Source of the DNA: an uncultured Actinomycetota bacterium
Lineage (GTDB): Bacteria; Actinomycetota; Actinomycetes; Propionibacteriales; Nocardioidaceae
Reading direction: 5' to 3'
DNA length: 64,000 bases
Assembly (NCBI GenBank): GCA_963758885.1
Contig: CAVWXS010000018.1
Span: 2,717-66,716 of the forward strand
A model generated the notes under the pieces. It made no database searches and was not told the DNA's origin. It saw only the letters and a program-made list of their open reading frames with translations. Below, one piece after another: positions 61,030 through 64,000 of the stretch. How positions within the stretch are numbered: position 1 is the first letter of the stretch; each line of letters starts with the position of its first letter. The translations under genes were made by a program, and so were the position numbers.

Positions 61030-62496
61030 ATGTACGAGGTGACGATCGTCGGGAGCGGGCCGACCGGCCTGATGCTGGCCGGAGAGCTGGCGTTGGCCGG
61101 GGTCGAGGTCGAGATCATCGAGCGGCGTACGACGTCGGACCTCGTCGGTACTCGTGCTCGCGGGTTCCACTCACGAACGATCGAGATCCTCGACCAGCGC
61201 GGCATCGTCGACCGGTTCCTCGCCGAGGGACAAACGGTCCAGGGGCTGAGCTTCGGCGGCACCCCGCTCGACGTCGCCGGCTTCCCCTCCCGGCACCCGT
61301 ACACCCTGGCGCTGGGTCAGAGCGGCATCGAGCAGATCCTGCTCGGCTGGGTCGAGGAGCTGGGCGTGCCGGTTCGTCGAGGGCTCGAGGTCACCGGCTT
61401 CGCCCAGGACGACGCCGGCGTCGACGTCCACCTCGTCGAGGGAGGGCCGCTCCGAACGGCGTACCTGGTCGGGGCCGATGGTGGGCGCAGTGTCATCCGC
61501 AAGGCGGCCGGCATCGACTTCGTCGGAGCGGAGGCGACCCGCAGCTACCTGATCGCCGAGGTCGAGGTGACCGAGGAGACGCCCACGGGCATGCGGCTCG
61601 ACGACGTCGGCATCCATGCGATGAGCGTGATGGACGACGGGCGGACCGTGGGGCTCGTCGTGACCGAGCAGCAGCTCGGACCCGCGACCGAGCCGACCCT
61701 GGCGGATCTCCGCGAAGCACTGACGGCCGTGTACGGCACCGACTTCGGGATCCACGACCCGACGTGGATGTCGAGGTTCACCGACGCCACGCGGCAGGCA
61801 GCCGAGTACCGCAAGGGGCGGGTGCTGCTCGCCGGCGACGCCGCGCACAGCCATCCCCCCACCGGCGGGCAGGGGATCGGCCTCGGCGTGCAGGACGCGG
61901 TCAACCTCGGCTGGAAGCTCGCCCAGGTCGTCCACGGCGTCTCACCCGACGGTCTTCTGGACAGCTACCAAGCGGAGCGGCACCCCGCCACCGCCCGTGT
62001 CCTGAAGAACGTGATGGTCCAAGCCCTCCTCCAGCGAGGGGACGCGCGAACCGAGGCGATGCGCGACACGTTGTCCGACCTGTTGAGCTTCGAAGGACCA
62101 CGCGTCCAGCTCGCCGGGCTCCTGTCCGGGCTCGACGTGGTCTACGACCTGGGCGAGGGGCACCCGTTGCTCGGACGCCGAATGCCAGACCTCGACCTCA
62201 GCACCGCCCATGGCCCGCGACGAGTCTTCGAGCTGCTCCACGACGCCCGGCCGGTACTGCTCGACCTCGCCGCGCCCGACAGCATCGACATCACGCCATG
62301 GGCCGACCGGGTCCAGCGCATCGATGCCGACCACACGGGGACCTGGGAGCTACCCGTCATCGGCACGGTCACCGCCCCCGACGCTGTGTTGGTCCGGCCC
62401 GACGGTCACGTGGTCTGGGTGGGAGACGGAACAGAGGCTGGGCTCAGCGAGGCCCTCACGACCTGGTTCGGCCCACCCGCGGAGGACGTCGCATGA
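61030..62496 (+). CDS. FAD-dependent aromatic monooxygenase, rifampin monooxygenase (Rox)-like
   Basis: GSGPTGLMLAGEL, RTIEILDQRG, GADGGRS, GTDFGIHDPTWMSRFTDATRQA, LAGDAAHSHPPTGGQG, VRPDGHVVW. Confidence 0.85.
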   Translation: MYEVTIVGSGPTGLMLAGELALAGVEVEIIERRTTSDLVGTRARGFHSRTIEILDQRGIVDRFLAEGQTVQGLSFGGTPLDVAGFPSRHPYTLALGQSGIEQILLGWVEELGVPVRRGLEVTGFAQDDAGVDVHLVEGGPLRTAYLVGADGGRSVIRKAAGIDFVGAEATRSYLIAEVEVTEETPTGMRLDDVGIHAMSVMDDGRTVGLVVTEQQLGPATEPTLADLREALTAVYGTDFGIHDPTWMSRFTDATRQAAEYRKGRVLLAGDAAHSHPPTGGQGIGLGVQDAVNLGWKLAQVVHGVSPDGLLDSYQAERHPATARVLKNVMVQALLQRGDARTEAMRDTLSDLLSFEGPRVQLAGLLSGLDVVYDLGEGHPLLGRRMPDLDLSTAHGPRRVFELLHDARPVLLDLAAPDSIDITPWADRVQRIDADHTGTWELPVIGTVTAPDAVLVRPDGHVVWVGDGTEAGLSEALTTWFGPPAEDVA

Positions 62497-62586
62497 CCTC
62501 ACTTTGGTGCAACCGGACGGACATACCCGGTCCGTCTTGTCGAGAACGACGAACCAACCCCGTCGAGGGGTTCGTACGTTTGCCGC

Positions 62587-63975
62587 ATGACCACGCTGCA
62601 CGAGGTGAAGACCTGGATCGCTGAGGAGCTGCCCAGGCTGATCGAGAAGTACGACGTCCCCGCCGCCGCCGTGGCCGTCCTCGCGGACGGCGAGGTCGTC
62701 GACGACGCCGCCGGCGTGCTGAGCCTGGCCACCGGTGTGGAGGCCACCCCCGACTCGGTCTTCCAGATCGGGTCCATCACGAAGCTCTGGACGAGCACCC
62801 TCGTCATGCAGCTCGTCGACGAGGGCAAGGTCGATCTCGACGCCCCGATCCGGACCTACCTGCCGGACTTCCAGATCCTGGACGAGGGCGCGGCCGCGCA
62901 GATCACCACCCGCCAGCTCCTGTGCCACACGGCCGGCTTCGAGGGCGACATCTTCACCGACACCGGCCTCGGCGACGACGCCGTGGAGAAGTACCTCGGC
63001 GTGCTCCACGAGGTCCCCCAGCTGTTCGCCCCGGGAGAGCAGTTCTCCTACAACAACGCAGGGTTCTGCGTGCTCGGGCGGCTCGTCGAGGTGCTCCGCG
63101 AGAAGCCGTACGACGCCTGCCTGCGCGAGTACCTCTTCGCGCCGCTCGGCCTGACCCACGCGGCGACCAGCCCGTACGAGGCCATCATGTTCCGCGCCGC
63201 GGTCGGCCACATCGAGCCCAAGCCCGGCGCCGGGTACGAGCCGGCCCCGGTCTGGGCGCTGGCCCGCTCCAACGCGCCCGCCGGTGCCATGCTCGCCATG
63301 CGACCCCGCGACCTGCTCGGCTTCGCCCAGATGCACATGAACGACGGCAAGGCGTCCGACGGTACCCAGGTGCTCGCCAGCGGTACGGCGGCGGCGATGC
63401 ATGCCCGTCAGGTCGACCTGCCCGACCTCGGCCTGATGGGGACGTCGTGGGGCCTCGGGTTCGAGCGCTTCGACACCCCCGACGGCGCGATCATCGGTCA
63501 CGACGGTGGCACCATCGGCCAGTCGGCCTTCCTGCGCATCGTCCCCGAGGCAGGCGTGGCGGTTGCGCTGCTGACCAACGGCGGCGACATCATCTCGCTG
63601 TACCGCGACGTCGTCGGCCACATCGTCGAGCAGCTCACCGACACCCGGCTGCCGGCGCTTCCCGTACCTCCGGCCCACCCGGAGGCCATCGACGCCGGCA
63701 GGTACGTCGGCACGTACTCGTCCGAGGTGGCCGACCTGACGGTCACCCAGGACGACGAAGGTCGCATCTGGCTGGAGCAGACCCCCAAGGGCATCTTCGC
63801 CGAGCTCGGGGAGAAGCCCGAGCTCCAGGAGCTCGTGCACTACCAGGGCGACAGCCTGATCCCCGCCGAGCCCGAGCACGGCATGCACATGCCACACGCC
63901 TTCGTCGGCGACGACGGCGAGGGCCATGCCCTCTACCTCCACGTCGGACGTGCCGTCCGCCGCGCCGGCGCCTGA
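62587..63975 (+). CDS. Serine hydrolase, beta-lactamase/AmpC-like family
   Basis: FQIGSITK (SxxK), LLCHTAG, FSYNN (YxN), GHDGG. Confidence 0.9.
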   Translation: MTTLHEVKTWIAEELPRLIEKYDVPAAAVAVLADGEVVDDAAGVLSLATGVEATPDSVFQIGSITKLWTSTLVMQLVDEGKVDLDAPIRTYLPDFQILDEGAAAQITTRQLLCHTAGFEGDIFTDTGLGDDAVEKYLGVLHEVPQLFAPGEQFSYNNAGFCVLGRLVEVLREKPYDACLREYLFAPLGLTHAATSPYEAIMFRAAVGHIEPKPGAGYEPAPVWALARSNAPAGAMLAMRPRDLLGFAQMHMNDGKASDGTQVLASGTAAAMHARQVDLPDLGLMGTSWGLGFERFDTPDGAIIGHDGGTIGQSAFLRIVPEAGVAVALLTNGGDIISLYRDVVGHIVEQLTDTRLPALPVPPAHPEAIDAGRYVGTYSSEVADLTVTQDDEGRIWLEQTPKGIFAELGEKPELQELVHYQGDSLIPAEPEHGMHMPHAFVGDDGEGHALYLHVGRAVRRAGA

Positions 63976-64000
63976 CCTGAATCACAGCGCCGTCCACTGA

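Noticed and set aside
62587-63975. True beta-lactamase forming a resistance cluster with the Rox-like gene
   Set aside because: SxxK/YxN with HDG and a C-terminal extension fits generic serine hydrolases or peptidases; there is no signal peptide.
1-64000. tRNA, rRNA, integrase, transposase or prophage genes
   Set aside because: None recognised by eye in the sequence or ORF track; a tRNAscan/Rfam/ISfinder run would be needed to exclude small or degenerate ones.

Overview
High-GC actinobacterial DNA (REP families and gene content resemble Nocardioides; this is an inference) carrying about 50 mostly accessory, metabolic and regulatory genes. I saw no rRNA, tRNA, CRISPR array or recognisable transposase. 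Many genes have single-base frameshifts, densest at 33-41.4 kb, which looks more like long-read indel error than true pseudogenisation. Main blocks: (1) 4-14 kb, a SigB/SigF-type general stress cluster (sigma factor, GAF-ANTAR protein, PAS-PP2C-HATPase-STAS fusion, F420 LLM oxidoreductase, HAD) with recurring GGGTAC promoter hexamers. (2) Two alpha/beta-hydrolase-LuxR regulators, each next to a methyltransferase, one flanked by an identical 23-bp upstream motif. (3) A short family-A DNA polymerase. (4) A TSP3/RTX surface protein and a cNMP-patatin plus CFA-like methyltransferase pair. (5) A 14-kb translationally coupled operon of two DUF4132 paralogs, a MoxR AAA+ ATPase, DUF5682, vWA and SWIM proteins (yehI/L/M/P/Q-like, function unknown, candidate conflict or defence system). 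(6) A GH55-like glucanase. (7) An AbiEi/DUF559-like nuclease gene bracketed by two copies of a 35-bp palindrome (candidate novel selfish cassette). (8) A Rox-like FAD monooxygenase preceded by a rifamycin-associated element (RAE)-like palindrome. All family assignments come from motif recognition by eye, not database searches.
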